Source: Amoebophrya sp. A120
Lineage: Eukaryota; Protista; Dinoflagellata
DNA: 64,000 nucleotides
Direction of reading: 5' to 3'
Assembly (NCBI GenBank): GCA_905178155.1
Contig: CAJINV010000010.1
Coordinates: forward strand, 361,866 to 425,865
The translations under genes and the position numbers were made by a program. Within the stretch, counting starts at the first letter, position 1; every line of letters begins with the position of its first letter. The notes beneath the pieces are model-generated. The model worked only from the letters and a program-made list of their open reading frames with translations. It had not been told where the DNA came from and searched no databases. Shown in pieces: positions 1 through 21,858 of the stretch.

Positions 1-1010
1 GTTTCTCGCGCAAACTGGCACGGGGACACGGAGCAAAGCCGCGGCCAGAACCGCCTCCGCCGCACTGGCACACGGAGCAAAACCGCTCCCCCCCCAGAAT
101 TGGGCGAGGGCGGTGCCCGGCTTCCCGCGCAAACTGGCACGGGGACGCGGAGCAAAGCCGCGGCCAGAACCGCGTCCGCCGCACTGGCACACGGAGCAAA
201 ACCGCTCCCCCCCAGAATCAACTGGGCGGGGGCGCTGCCTGGCTTCCCCCGCAAGCTGGCACGGGGACACGGGGCAAAGCCGCGGCCAGAACCGCCTGGC
301 TGCCTCCGCCGCACTGGCACACGGAGCAAAACCGCCCCCCCCCCAGAATTGGGCGAGGGCGGTGCCCGGTTTCGTTCCCGCGCAAATTGGCACGGGGACA
401 CGGAGCAAAGCCGCGGCCAGAACCGCGTCCGCCGCACTGGCACACGGAGCAAAACCGCTCCCCCCCCGAATTGGGCGAGGGCGGTGCCCGGTTTCCCGCG
501 CAAACTGGCACGGGGACACGGAGCAAAGCCGCAGCCAGAACCGCGGCCGGCCGCCGCACTGGCACACGCACGGAGCAAAACCGCCCCCCCCAGAATTGGG
601 CGGGGGCGGTGCCTGGTTTCTCCCGCAAACTGGCATGGGGGTCCAAGCACGGCGCAAAAGTGCGGCCCGAAGCTAGCTTCGCAGAATCAGCCGGGCGAAG
701 GCGGTGCCTGCCCGCTTTCTCGCGCAGACTGGATTGGGGACCCGAGGCAAGGCCGCGGCCTGCGCTTAGTTTCCAAGACTTGGGCGCAGGTGGTGCCCCG
801 TTGGGTTTCTCGCGCTAACTGGCGTGGGCACACGGAGCAAAACCATGGCCAGAGGCTCCCCAGAGTGGGGCGAAGGCGATGCCCGGCTTCTCGCGCGAGC
901 TGGCACGGGGACACGGACCAAAACCGCGGCCCGAAGCTTCGCAGCGAATGAAAGAGTCGAGCGGCCGATCCGAAGGCGCTGCCTGCCCGGTTTCCCGCGG
1001 AGACTGGCAG
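1..1010. repeat. GC-rich degenerate tandem repeat, unit about 120 bp
   Basis: The unit cgcaaactggcacggggacacggagcaaagccgcggccagaaccgc...gaattgggcgagggcggtgcccgg recurs at about 9, 129, 250, 381 and 499, then decays to the right. Confidence 0.85.
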
Positions 1011-1602
1011 GGGGGCGGGCGAGCGGGCTGCCAACGTCTGCCGCCGGCTAGCTTTCAAAAGTCCGCCAGCGCTTCCAGAAATCCGGGACCGGTCTCGCGA
1101 CGCTGGTCGGCGGCTTGCGGCCGGGATTCCGGCCGGCGCAGACATCCGAAAGCCCGGCCGCATTGACCAAAGAAAAGCCGGGCGGCGACTTCCGCAAGGC
1201 TGGGGGGCCGCTTCCTTCCGCAGGCCGGCTTTTAGAAGTTAGGCCGCCCGCCAAGCGCTTCTCTCCTGAAGTAGGGCCGCCAGGCAGCGGCGCCCAATGG
1301 CCCGGCGCCGACTTCCAAACGCTTGCCATCAGCTTGCAGGCCGGTGTCGGAGTCCTGCAAGTGGAAGCGAACGCGCCACCCCTCGGGCGCCCATCGGGGC
1401 GCCCTATGTGGTAGCCCGCTGGGGATGGCGCGGCATTGGCCATTCCCCTACTTCGCGACGCGCGTCCCCGTTGCGGTTGCGTTCGAATGTCGCGAGGAGC
1501 AAGCCCGCCCGGCCTCGGAAACTGCTCTGACCGCCCAATGCCCTCCAAAGATGCAAGGTCTCTGCACGGGGGCCCCAGCCCCCGTGCTCGGACCTTGTTT
1601 TT

Positions 1603-1822
1603 CATGCAGTCTTTGGAAGGTAAAAAAAATCTGTATTGCATGACCAGCAAGAGGAGTTCAGTTTGTGCTACGCGGAGCGCGCGTTTCTCATGCGGAATAC
1701 GCATCAGAAGGCCCCTTAAAAATCTGTGATGGTCGGCCAGGCATTACAGACATCATGGGTTATGCAAAATATGCATGACAAACCTGGCAATCTTCCAGAC
1801 CACGACATTTCTACACTTGATA
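1603..1822. mobile_element. Family A introner, one end only; the other TIR is lost or displaced by the GC-rich block
   Basis: Reverse complement aligns with the elements at 12835-13096 and 55665-55926. Right TIR ttccagaccacgacatttctacacttgata ends at 1822; similarity stops about 40 nt short of the second TIR. Confidence 0.75.
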
Positions 1823-2273
1823 TGCTAGAGCTGGGACTTGCCTGCAGCTGCTCGGAGGTACTAATTTTTTCCTCGGAAGTAGCAGCCACCTGCTCATGAT
1901 CCTGCTGCTGCTGCGCCGAGACGGGAGCTAATAGAAGCGATGAAAATTCGCTCGTCAGAAGAGCTGCGAGGCAGGCTTTTCGTGTGGTGGAGGAGGAAAA
2001 ATGAAAGCTCTTCGAAGTGGACGGTGGTAGTGGTTGTGTTTTCATTACATTTTTGCAGGTTGATGTTGACGACGGCGACGTCCTGGCCGCACGGCTTGAA
2101 GTCGATGACGAGCTGCTAGAGCGATTTCCCGACGACGAAGTAGAACTGTAGTTGTACGAAGCGCTAGAAGAGGTCGAGGAGGACCTGGAAACGCCACCAG
2201 CTGCCGGTTGTACTCCCCCAGGAAATGATCCAAGAGCAGAGCTCTTGTCTTCTCGCTGCCGTGTGGTCCACAT
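1823..2273 (-). CDS. First exon of a Ser-rich hypothetical protein; the gene probably continues left of the window
   Basis: Open frame MWTTRQREDK...QASPSSS with an aaaATG context, ending exactly at an introner TIR. Confidence 0.4.
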
Positions 2274-3425
2274 TTTCGTTTTCACAAGTTTTATCTTTTC
2301 ATCTTCGTGTTGCGGCCGACGTCGTGTGAGTCGTAGGTATTGTAGTTTTGAACAAAGGTAAAACAGCACAAATAAAGATACCGCTAGAGGAGTTGTTTTT
2401 TTGAATCCGAATTCGTCTGCGCCGGAAAAAGCGCTCGCAAAGTCGTGTGCTGGTAATCGTCCAGGTCCAGCGGCGGCCCGTGTACGACGTACTACAATAT
2501 TCATTATCAAACCCGGTCCGCCTCTCTTTAGCTGGACGCGTAAGTACTCTTTTTTTGTCTTCCAGTATGTTTCAAACGCCCTCTGTTGTCTGCCCAAACC
2601 ATGATGAGACACCTCGACGACCACGACCCTTGCAATTTTTTCAGTTCGCCGACCTGGCTCTTGACCTCGTAAAGCAATCTTTACGATAAAGCAGGTGCAG
2701 GTCTACACTCCGTGTCACTCTTTCTACGACATTCGAAGCATGAGAAGTGGCGATAATATCACTACGATCCCACATCACGACAAAATGCTGCTGCACTGGT
2801 AAGGAGGACTAGAGGTCTGTAAAGTGCTCATAGTTTTTTGTTCGGTGCAAGCGCTATCTATCGCCGATTAAATACTCCGGATAACAAAATACCTCTTCGG
2901 TTCTACGCACGAGAAGATTTCACCGGGAAAAAGTAGATTCGTGTAGTGTTTTTTTCTTTATCAGGAAAGTGACGAGTAGAGGTAGACCGAACAAAAACAA
3001 CACCCTTTAGACGACAGTCTCGCTTTCTGTGTGCTCACTTTCGGACGCTTCCCACGAGAACACGAGTTGTCCTCCGAGTGCACTTTTAATAATGTTGATG
3101 CCGTGCTCTCGATGTTCACAGTCGAGCCCTCGCGCTACAAAGGAGCTGTCGGCAATTTGTTTCTACTTCAAAAAAAAACACTGCAGCTGTGCCTGTTTGT
3201 GTTTTCTGCAGTTGGTTCTTGTCGACGTTGAAAGGAGTAAAAATGTTTGGGGGTGCAGCTCACGCTCACCAGTCGTGCTGTCCTGAGCTACAAGTTGTAG
3301 CAGGGGTCAAAAGGAAGAAGAGTCGCTCTTAGTTACACCTCCAACACCAAGCAACTCCGAGATTGCACCATCACAAGCTCCGTCCACCAATCCTCCACCC
3401 CGGCCGCAGTTCCTGTGCGTACTAT

Positions 3426-6400
3426 TCACTTGTAGCTCGACGGTGCCTGTGCCGTCCGCAACGCGTTCAGAAGCTCGGCGACCGGAACATTTTCGTCCCC
3501 ATATTTCAAGTATGCAGGGCAAATATGTCTGGCCCTGGGAAGTTGTAAAGCTAGTCACTGTGAATGCCGGGCGCCGTGCAATGCATGCCCACGCATGGAA
3601 AGTTCTTGTTCTCGGGGTGTTGCAATCTATTGCGTACAACTCCGCATCCGCAAGGCAAGCTGCGTTTTTGCATGACAGCCATCAAGAGGATCTGCTCTTC
3701 GCGTTCACGCATCACAGAACTCAGAGTCATGTCAGACAAGCATGACAAAGATCCAGGCACATTTTTTGCAGTGGATATCAAGATCTTGGTGAACAACTTC
3801 GCGTCGATCTTGTCGTCACCCAATTTCTATGCATTGCAAACCAATATCGTAGTACTGCACAACTTACGTGAAGACTACATTACAACTTCTCATCTCTTCA
3901 AAAGGAAAGAACATTGGAATTTCCACTGCTAAATCAAAATTAGCTCCTTTGAACAAAACAGGTGCCCTGTCATCCTCATCCATGATTGCAACCAGCCGTG
4001 CTCCGGCTAACGCCGGAGCGCAAGGCTGTTGTGCTGGGGTTTGACTATTTGCGGATCGGGCCGCGACACAAAAGCTTTGGGCACAGCGTGACGGACCGAG
4101 GAAACTTTGAGCGCCATTTTGCGCGAGGTCAACTCGCAGGGCCTCCTGCGCGCTTCCCGCGCCTTTAGGCGCTATGCGCAGGGGGCAGCTGCAGTAAACC
4201 TTGCGGGCGAAGAGATGCCGACCCGGCGTAGGTGCGTGCCGAAAGAATCAGACAGAGGCCGGCGCTGCTCTTTGTTTATCACCACCCCGCGCCCGCCCAC
4301 CTCATTCCCCGGGGAAATAAAACTGTTCGTTGGCGCGAGAGGGTGGCGCAAGAGGGTGGCGCAAGAGGGTGGCGCGAGAGGGTGCGCGAGAGGGTGGCGC
4401 GAGAGGGTTCCGGCTTTTGCATGAAAGGGCCGCAAAAAAATCAGCCCTGTGCGGGGCGGATTCGGATTTTTTTACCCCTCTCGCAGACCCTCTTTTTCAC
4501 CTCTTCCGAGAGGTGTTGCTAATAATCCGGCTATACTCGCCGGTAGAGGTCTACAAAGGTGGCCGAGAGGTGGCCCAGAGGGTGCGCGAGAGGTCTCTCC
4601 TTATTCGCGCAACCTCTCGGCACCTCTGTCCACCTCTCGCTTGCCCTCTTTTTTACCTCTCGGCCACCTCCGTGCCGCTTGGCGGCCCTTAAGGGTGACC
4701 GGTTCGGCGGGCTATACTCGCGCCCCCTCTCGGCCACCCTCTCGAATTACCTCCCGCGCCACCCCTCCACCTCTGTCGACCTCTTTTTTACCTCTTTTGA
4801 CCTCTTTTTGACCTCCCTGCCACCTCTCGTTTACCCTCTCTAGAACAATATTTTCGCATGAATATATATAGACCCAAAAGCGACGGAAATTGCCCGAAAC
4901 CACTGAAATCGTGAAGCACTTAATCACCCCCCGCGTACCCTTATGCAAAACCACTCCAGCGATACCCTTACCCGAAACCACTCCAGCGACACCCTTACCC
5001 GAAACCACTCCAGCGATACCCTTACCCGAAACCACTCCAGCGATACCCTTACCCGAAACCACTCCAGGGCTCCCCGGTTTCCCGGTTTCCCGGTTTCCCG
5101 GTTTCCCGGCTTCCCGGTTTGCTTTTAGCTCAGCTGAAGCCGATTTTTTAGCTGAAGCCGGCTTTTTAGCAAAAGCCGGCTTTTCAGCTAAAGCCGGTTT
5201 TTTACCTAAAGCCGGTCTGTTACCTGAAGCCTGCCGGCTTGTTAGCTACGGCCGGTTTTGTAGCAACTCCGGGCTTTTCCTGCCTGCTCAGCTTACTCAT
5301 CGAGCCGCCGCAGTTGTTTCAGGCGCGCCAGCCAATCTAGCTGCTGAAGCTGCGAAGCTGCAGCAGCGGGGCCCCGCCGCGCCTCCTTTGGGCTCTGCGG
5401 CCGCTGGGCTTTTCCATGGAGCTGCTGGCCGCTCGGTTGCCTTAGCAGTTCTATGACAGAAAAACAACCGCCGCGACAAAAAATAAGGCGGAAAAGCTTC
5501 CGGAAACTGTTCGCACATAGAGAAGGAGGCGGCGCGAAAGTCCTCCCGCTCTAAGCAAAAGCTACGCCGAGGCCCCTTCGTTTTTGCAGTTTTTAGCCTT
5601 TGGCCCCCCCAGCCCCCAAGCCCCCCGCCTTCCCAGCGAGCCTGCCCCCAAGACCCAACCCCCCCGCTAGCCAGCCCCCCAGGCCCCCCACCTTCTTGGG
5701 CCTCCGGCTGCCCAGCTTACCAAAGAATTGCCGGGCCTCGCGGCCTCCCCAGCAGTTCTATGATAAAGCCACAGCCCCCCAGAAAACAAAACCGAAAACG
5801 GTAAGGAAGCCGCCCCCGGACTCTGTCCGCACATAGAGAAGGAGCCGCCGCGGCCGCCCTCCCGCTTCAGATCCCAGCCAAGTCAGGGCACTAAATCACA
5901 CGCGCCACCGTTCTGCAGCTTTCCCTGCGCAAAATGTGCAGCGGGCCACGCTCTTCAAACGCGAGCGACCAGCCCCAAAAAAAATTCCCCCGCTCGCTCC
6001 GCAAATTTCGTCACAACTCGCACCCAAAAACCATTGCCAACAAGAAACACGCCCCCGACTTAAATGCTACCCAGATCGTGCGCCTTTTTCCCTAGGTGTC
6101 AACGTTCGCCGTGAATCATATCCACTCAGAGCCCGACTGAGGGCCCGCCCCTTCTAGTTCTGCTTTCTCCCCCCCCGGTGCTCTCGATTTCGCTTCGGGA
6201 TGCAGATTCCTTCCCCCGGGCTAGTATAATAGATAGTAATTGGAAGTACGAGCACGATACTGAAAATTTGCACAGCATAAGTTCGCCAGCACGTGCTTCA
6301 ACAGCTTCAAACTGACCCGGTCTTTCGCGCCGCCTGAAACGTGGGGTTGCAGGGTTTCCAAAGCCTTTTCGGCCTGGTCGCGATTTAGGTGCTGGAAATG

Positions 6401-7192
6401 CTCCTTGTTGGCGGAAAACCACTCGATCACCTTTTCCTTGCTGTAAACTTTGTCCCCGCTACTTTTCTATGGATTGCAAAAGTATCGCACTCGTATAAAT
6501 GCATTACAAATTTCCTCAACATGAAAAATAAAATTTGTAATGCGGATTTGCCTTGAGAACAAGATTTGTAATGCATGATTGCAATACGAGTACGATACTT
6601 TTGCACAGGATATTTTCACCGAACTCGGGTCCCCGAGGAACAGCGAGTCCGCGTTCGGCTCCGTCGTACCGGATTGCTTGTTGGGCGAGAGCTCCTGCAC
6701 CTGGTGGGAGGTGGTCGCCTTGCTGAAAATCTTTTTCGCGAACTCGTTCTCCCGGATCGTTAGCCCCATGCCGCTATCAAATGCAAAAATGTCGGGGTCT
6801 GGAAACTTGTGATGCTGAAATGTGCATGATGAAAACACTTCCGAATGCAGTCCGGCACGACAACTTCCCAAAAAGCTTTCTCATAGGCAATCCGCATGAG
6901 AAACTGCGTTTTTGCATGACAAAAGAGGCTGCGACTTTTGTTGGTTATGCAATACATATTTTCTAGGTACGGAAAGCTGGCATTACAAGTCCCAACCTTC
7001 CAGGCCCAGACATTTTTACAATTCATAGCCGCGGAGAAAGAGCTTCACCTGCGCCTGCGTCATCATCCCCTCCTTGTCGGCGCAAAGGGTGGCCGTAAAC
7101 TCCACCTGCTTGGGCTCCGGTAGAAATTTCGCCCATTTATTGTCCGCGGCCGCTCCTGTTGAAGCGGGTGCAGGAGCTTGTTGAGCGACCAT
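3426..7192 (-). CDS. EF-hand / myosin light chain- or calmodulin-like protein, 5 exons
   Basis: Approximate exons 7028-7192, 6613-6769, 6280-6462, 3778-3822 and 3426-3505 join in frame after removing 4 introners: MVAQQAP...VKLFLRGMGLT...VSLKLLKHVLANLGDDKIDAKLFTKILKYGDENVPVAELLNAL...SYK*. HVLANLGD resembles the calmodulin HVxTNLGE linker. Confidence 0.7.
3511..3777. mobile_element. Family A introner (degenerate TIRs)
   Basis: tatgcagggcaaatatgtctgg...ccaggcacattttttgcagtggata; DR tcaag; removal gives KILKYGD. Confidence 0.8.
4936..5068. repeat. 27-bp minisatellite, about 5 copies
   Basis: Unit cccgaaaccactccagcgataccctta. Confidence 0.9.
5073..5120. repeat. 8-bp tandem repeat (cccggttt), about 6 copies
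   Basis: Directly visible; followed by looser, roughly 18-bp gctgaagccggcttttta repeats to about 5260. Confidence 0.9.
6468..6612. mobile_element. Family B introner
   Basis: tatggattgcaaaagtatcgcactcgta...tacgagtacgatacttttgcacaggata; DR ttttc; removal gives SVKSSGDK. Confidence 0.9.
6775..7027. mobile_element. Family A introner
   Basis: tatcaaatgcaaaaatgtcggggtctggaa...ttccaggcccagacatttttacaattcata; DR gccgc; removal gives FLRGMGL. Confidence 0.9.
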
Positions 7193-8216
7193 AATTCTTT
7201 CGATTTCTACTCAGATAGTCCTTATTGGAAAAAATTGCTTTCACCTCCGTTTAGGTTGTATGTCCTCACCACGGGACGAGGTCAAGCGAGAACTTTTTGT
7301 GCTTGAGCGTGTCTTGAGAGAATTATTTAATATACAATGAGTTTTTTACTTTCGACTGCAGATGAGAGAAGTCCTACTTCTCCAAAGGAGCCAGCTCTTC
7401 CTCGTGTTTCGCCCCCAACAGGGAGATGTGATGACGGCAAATTGGAAATGGCTTTTCGTAGGAGGTTTCAGCTTATGCATGCGAACTCCAGGTATCGTTT
7501 CAGTAAAAAATACATTGCGTGTGCAGCTTCTTGAACTTCCTGTTCGGGCTATAGCTGCGAGTACGACATTGCATTGGAATCCTGAAAGCGGACCACTGTT
7601 GTATGACACCCTGCGAAAACTGCAGAAGAGGGCGGTAAATTTCATTCGTCAGATGAAAACAAGATTTTCAGTCGGAACACAAACAGACATGAAGATGTCC
7701 GGATTTTGAAAAAACGATTTTCGTCCGCGCGGGGATAAGTCCCGTCGTCCTCGTCGCAAGGGCGGTACACTATCATGAGGTTCGTTTCTGCGTTGAAAAA
7801 GAAACCGAAACTGGAAACAAGGAAGCTGCGCGTGCTGGAGCATCATACACAGTACATGTACAACTACTAGTGGTCGCGTCAAGTATCATTTCTTGTCAGA
7901 TTTCCTTCCACGACTTGTGCTGATTGATACAGTCGCAAGATGAACTGAGGTCGATGTAGTAAGTATACTTCTTTTCAACGGCTTTTGTTGTAGTCCGCTA
8001 TTCGCTTTGTTGAAAAAAATACTCCACTAATTGTCGTAATAGCAATAAACTAGTAAGCAATGGAAAGTTTAAACTCGACGAAGTTGCTCTGATTGTTTTT
8101 AGGTTTATGTAGTCTTTTAGTCAATCGACAAAATAACGTTCTGGTCGCTGATCGGATAATTTTGGTACTTTTTCTCTTGTTGAATGTCGCTGTTGTGCTA
8201 CTAGTAAGTCTCTGTC

Positions 8217-8950
8217 CTAAAAATTGGGATTGATGGCATTCACAAGCGTGACCGGGTTTCCCTGTGCATCGTACGCGATCATTCCCCCTGGAGGAATTTG
8301 CAACGGCGGCATTCCCGGGAACTGGCCCATGCTAAGACCACTCCCAGCCGCTCCGGGTGCGAGCTGCAGGGCGGGTAGGATTGCAGGCGCTTGCGGGGCA
8401 GCGGCTCCAGCGGCCAGCATTTGCTGTTGTTGCAGCATCATCTGGTGGATCTGCAGCGGGTTTGGCTGCATCATCAACGGAGCTCCTGCACTTCCACTTC
8501 CGCCAGGCAGCGCTCCTGGTGCCAAGGAATGCTGTTGGTGCGCCGGCATTTGCAGCATTATACTAGGCGCTGCAACGGGATTGTACTGCATCACACCGCC
8601 TGATGAAGTACTGCCAGTACCCAAGAAAGGCACAGCTCCCTGCTGTTGCGCCGGTGGCCGTCCGCGGGGCTTGTTCGTCTTCGTCCCTGCTTTTGCCGAC
8701 GTCGCTTTTGCTTTAATATTACCGTTTGCCGTTTTGGCGGCACTGGCAATTTTGTTCGGGGTCGTGCTCGATCCTGTAGCTGCTCCCGCAGATGATCCTC
8801 CACCTCCGACTTTGATCGGTCTAGTGCTTTTGTCGGGCTTATTGGGAAGCGACAGGTCGACTTGCGGCAGCTGCATATTTTTCGGCTGAGAAGACGAGGT
8901 TGCACTTGCACTTGCTGCCGTGTCGGTCCAGAAACGCGCCTGGCCAGGTA
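8217..8950 (-). CDS. Pro/Gln/Gly-rich hypothetical protein, probable last exon
   Basis: Long open frame ending ...VTLVNAINPNF* with low-complexity Q/P/G/A composition and an AT-hook-like KPRGRPP; upstream exons not resolved. Confidence 0.5.
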
Positions 8951-10685
8951 AAATACCTGTTTTGTATAGAGGAAATAAACGAAAAGTCGAAGTACCGACT
9001 CCCACTACAGTGTAGGGCTTTATCAGTGTATTGGCTGAAAAGCACTTATTCATTGTAACGTAGTAGTAGCGTTGCAGGAGTAGAGCGGTGACCTGATACT
9101 AATGTATTTTTGTCGAGAAAATATGTAAGTATATGGATCGTTACTTAGGAGAAGTAGTGCAGTGCGTATGAGTGACGAGAGATGCTAGCAGAAACTATAA
9201 CTAACACTATAGTTAAGTGGGACTGGGATCTTCTCGCACTACCTCTCAACATCTTCGCTCTGGCTAGCCTTAGCATCGGTGGGTCATGTAAACGGTAGGT
9301 GGTACTGGTAGGCAAAAAGAAAAAACTGGAATAGCTTCTCTCTTGGGAAAACTGTAGTGATTTTCAGGTGACCCTCCAGACTGCTGTAACTCGGATAAAA
9401 AAAAAGTGCGCACGGAGAAATTTTCTCGGTCCAACGTACTTCGTCGCACTTTTTTCTCTCAAAATCAAAAAAAGAAAATATGGTGGCGGGCCTTGCAAGC
9501 AATACTATGAATTGAGATAGACATAGACGTCAAAGCGCTTCTGCTGAAATAAACAGTCTCCAGGCAGCTGCATCTGGAAAACACCCATCTTCACAACTGT
9601 CTGCGAGGTTGCCCGCACGCCCTGCGTTTTTTCGACGAGTCGGCAGCTTCGACCCGCACGAGTACGCCGTAGCCGTTTATCTGTTCGCTTCAAATGAGTA
9701 TGCCAAGATTTCGGCCCAACAGAGCAAGTCGCAAATAGATACTTTCAAGAATCTTCTGGACATCATAGATCATTTTCCTTTCGTTGTCGTTGGATTTAAT
9801 ATTAGCTATTAATTTTCGTAAACAGACCATCAGAAGACAACTTCACTTTGTGTTTTTAATGAAGAAGTAGTCGTGTGGCGTTTAATATTTTGTAGTCGCG
9901 TGGCGTTTATTTTGCTTGTAAAGAAAGAAAGTTCTGTGGAAAAAGCGATGGCTTGGAAAAAGTTGCGGCTTCAATAGCAACTGCGAGGAGCTGACTATTT
10001 CCAAGTGGACTAAACTTCTGCGTGAGCTCGCTCGCAGACAAGAAGTCAACGAAAACGAATCAAAAGTTTCTAAACAAAAGATTAAGATAGTATGGAAACA
10101 TGATAGAGTGGCTCGTTAGGTGTGGAAAAAAATTTAAGGGAGCAGACTCAGACAATAGTTATCAGAAAAATTCTTGTGGTCGCTACTGGTTCGAATCAAA
10201 ATCAAACAGCAGGATTCCCTCATGCTACTGGGCGTCTTTCATTATATTTGCTCGCCACGACTCATCTATGTCGAAACTAGTATTGGTGGAAGAAGTGGCA
10301 GTGGGCGGCGCTTGCATGATCTAGGGCTTGATGGCTAATTCAGCAATTTTTATGTTGGCATACTAGGCAAGTGCTTTCATTTAGATTTTGTTCATTGGAA
10401 TGCCGCTGGTCTTCCTTAATACCGTGTGAAACAGAAACAATATAAATCAATCGCCATCGGACTGTCACACCACTCGCTGACGTTCCTTTAAGCACTTCCA
10501 CCTCCACCAGGTCTTCTCATCGCATTCGTCTCCGTCGGAGACCGATGAGCTACTTCTACTTCAAGGAAACATCATCCAACCACTTTGACTCTAGATACAT
10601 TCAGATCCACATCCACCACTGGCACTGCTATATAGAACTTCATTTTCGAGTTCCCCTTGATTGTGAAACCGCACCTCCTGCTCGT

Positions 10686-20109
<9,424 letters not shown>

Positions 20110-21858
20110 TTAGCTTAGCGGAAGTCGTCGGTGGTGTGTCGCAGCTTGAAAAGCACGACTTCGTTGACGTCGTGATCGGCTTGATGTTCGGGCTACGTTT
20201 CTTCTGCTGTTGTCACTTGTTAGTCGTGGAAAAGGACGAGGACGAAGCGCACTTCTTTCTGAAACAGCTACCCGCACTTTTTGTGGTACTGTTGCCCTCA
20301 ATTCTATTGCGCGGTGTTCTTACGACGGTCAACCCTGACGAAGCGTGACCTTCATGCTCACATCCCTGGCACCTGCAGAGCAGAGGGTTGGCAGCGCAGG
20401 CCCTCGCACTTCATCTGCGCGCTTCTACGTTCGGCACAAGAATGCCTTTGTTGTTGTTCCCTCGAGGATCTGGTTTTGAGGAAAAGGTGAAGACGTGTGC
20501 CTCTGTGGCCGAAGTCGTGAGAGTCAGTGGTGCTGCAGCGGGAGCGGAAAATTAAAGCGTAAAAATGATTTTTAGCGTAGTGTTCATTGGTTGAAAAAAT
20601 ACAAGTTCGGATTGTCGCGCGAGACAATGAAGATCGTTTTGAAAAAAAAAAAGTATCGTCAAATGTGATACATCAAAGAGTGCATTCTTATGACTTCAAA
20701 AAAACTTCTCACTAAATGGAAATGCTCTTGGCACAAATTGCAATTGCTTTGGTGACGACGTTAATTTTGCAATTTGAGAATGAAAAGAAAACTTGCTAAG
20801 ACTAAAAGCACAATCAATACTTTATTTGGCACAACTTACCTTATAAACATAGTACTAATACAGCACTACTTTCTACTACGAAAAAAGATAATATACGATT
20901 CTAAATGGTCGCGTGTCGCTGTTTTGAAAATTTGGGTTTTTCGATAATTTATTTGCAGCTCCTTGCTTTTTTGTTTTTGTTCCAGAATTTCACTTGCTGT
21001 ATAGAAACATCGCTAGGAACGCTGCAGTGAAGATCCTCGCTCGTGTGATGAACCAGGTAGTAGTACTTTATCCACTCTTGGAAGGCGCTTCATCTCCTTA
21101 GGGGTAGAAAACGCGAACACAGAGCGGCGCGATTCTGGTGTAGCGTTTGTTGACATCAAATCTAGTAACTGTGTGATGCTGATCGTGCGTATTCCATATC
21201 TCAATATGCTTTAGAACTGCTTGCCAATCGATGCTGCGCGAGTCTCGGGCTTTCATTACCACGAGCGCGTCGCCGTGACATGCTGCAAGAGTGAGACTGA
21301 TGATCCAAAATAAACTACACGTGCGTGCGGCGGGTTGTGTGCCTTGAATTTGAAAGCGAAAGCGAAACTAGAGGGGCAAAAAACATCCATATAGGAAACG
21401 CAATCACCACCAAAAGTATTGCAGCTCGGCGAACGAGGACTTGATTCTATTCATCAACAAAGGACTCCGATAAAAGTGAGTCGGAAATAAGAGTGGTCGC
21501 ATGATAGGAGCAATGATGTAGATCGTCCGCCCGTGATGTAGATCGTCCACAAAAACGGTTGTATACTTTCGCAATGTTCTAGGAACCAAGGGAAATTATA
21601 ACGGATCTACGTGGATGAATGCTTGTTCTCTTGCTAAGTTTTAGTGCGGATGCAGATCGTTTTGGAAATAGTGGCTCGGCGGGAAGCACTGTCATATGGC
21701 GTTTTGAAGGTTCGATCGAATTCTTCACCCGGAAAAAAAGCTAAGTAAAGCACTAGCTAAGCTTGCTCATGATTTGCTGCAAGTAGGGGGAAGGAAAAGG
21801 TCGTGGCGTCGGTACAGTAGAAGACACTGATGTTCCAGTAGAGTTAACCAAGTACGTG

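Larger units (their letters stand above)
3828..6279. mobile_element. Giant (2452 bp) family B introner containing a GC-rich repeat island
   Basis: tatgcattgcaaaccaatatcgtagtac...gtacgagcacgatactgaaaatttgcacagcata; DR atttc/agttc; removal gives HVLANLGDDKID. Confidence 0.8.

Noticed and set aside
5073-5120. (cccggttt)n read as a telomeric repeat
   Set aside because: It does not match the TTTAGGG-type unit and is a short internal tract inside an intron.
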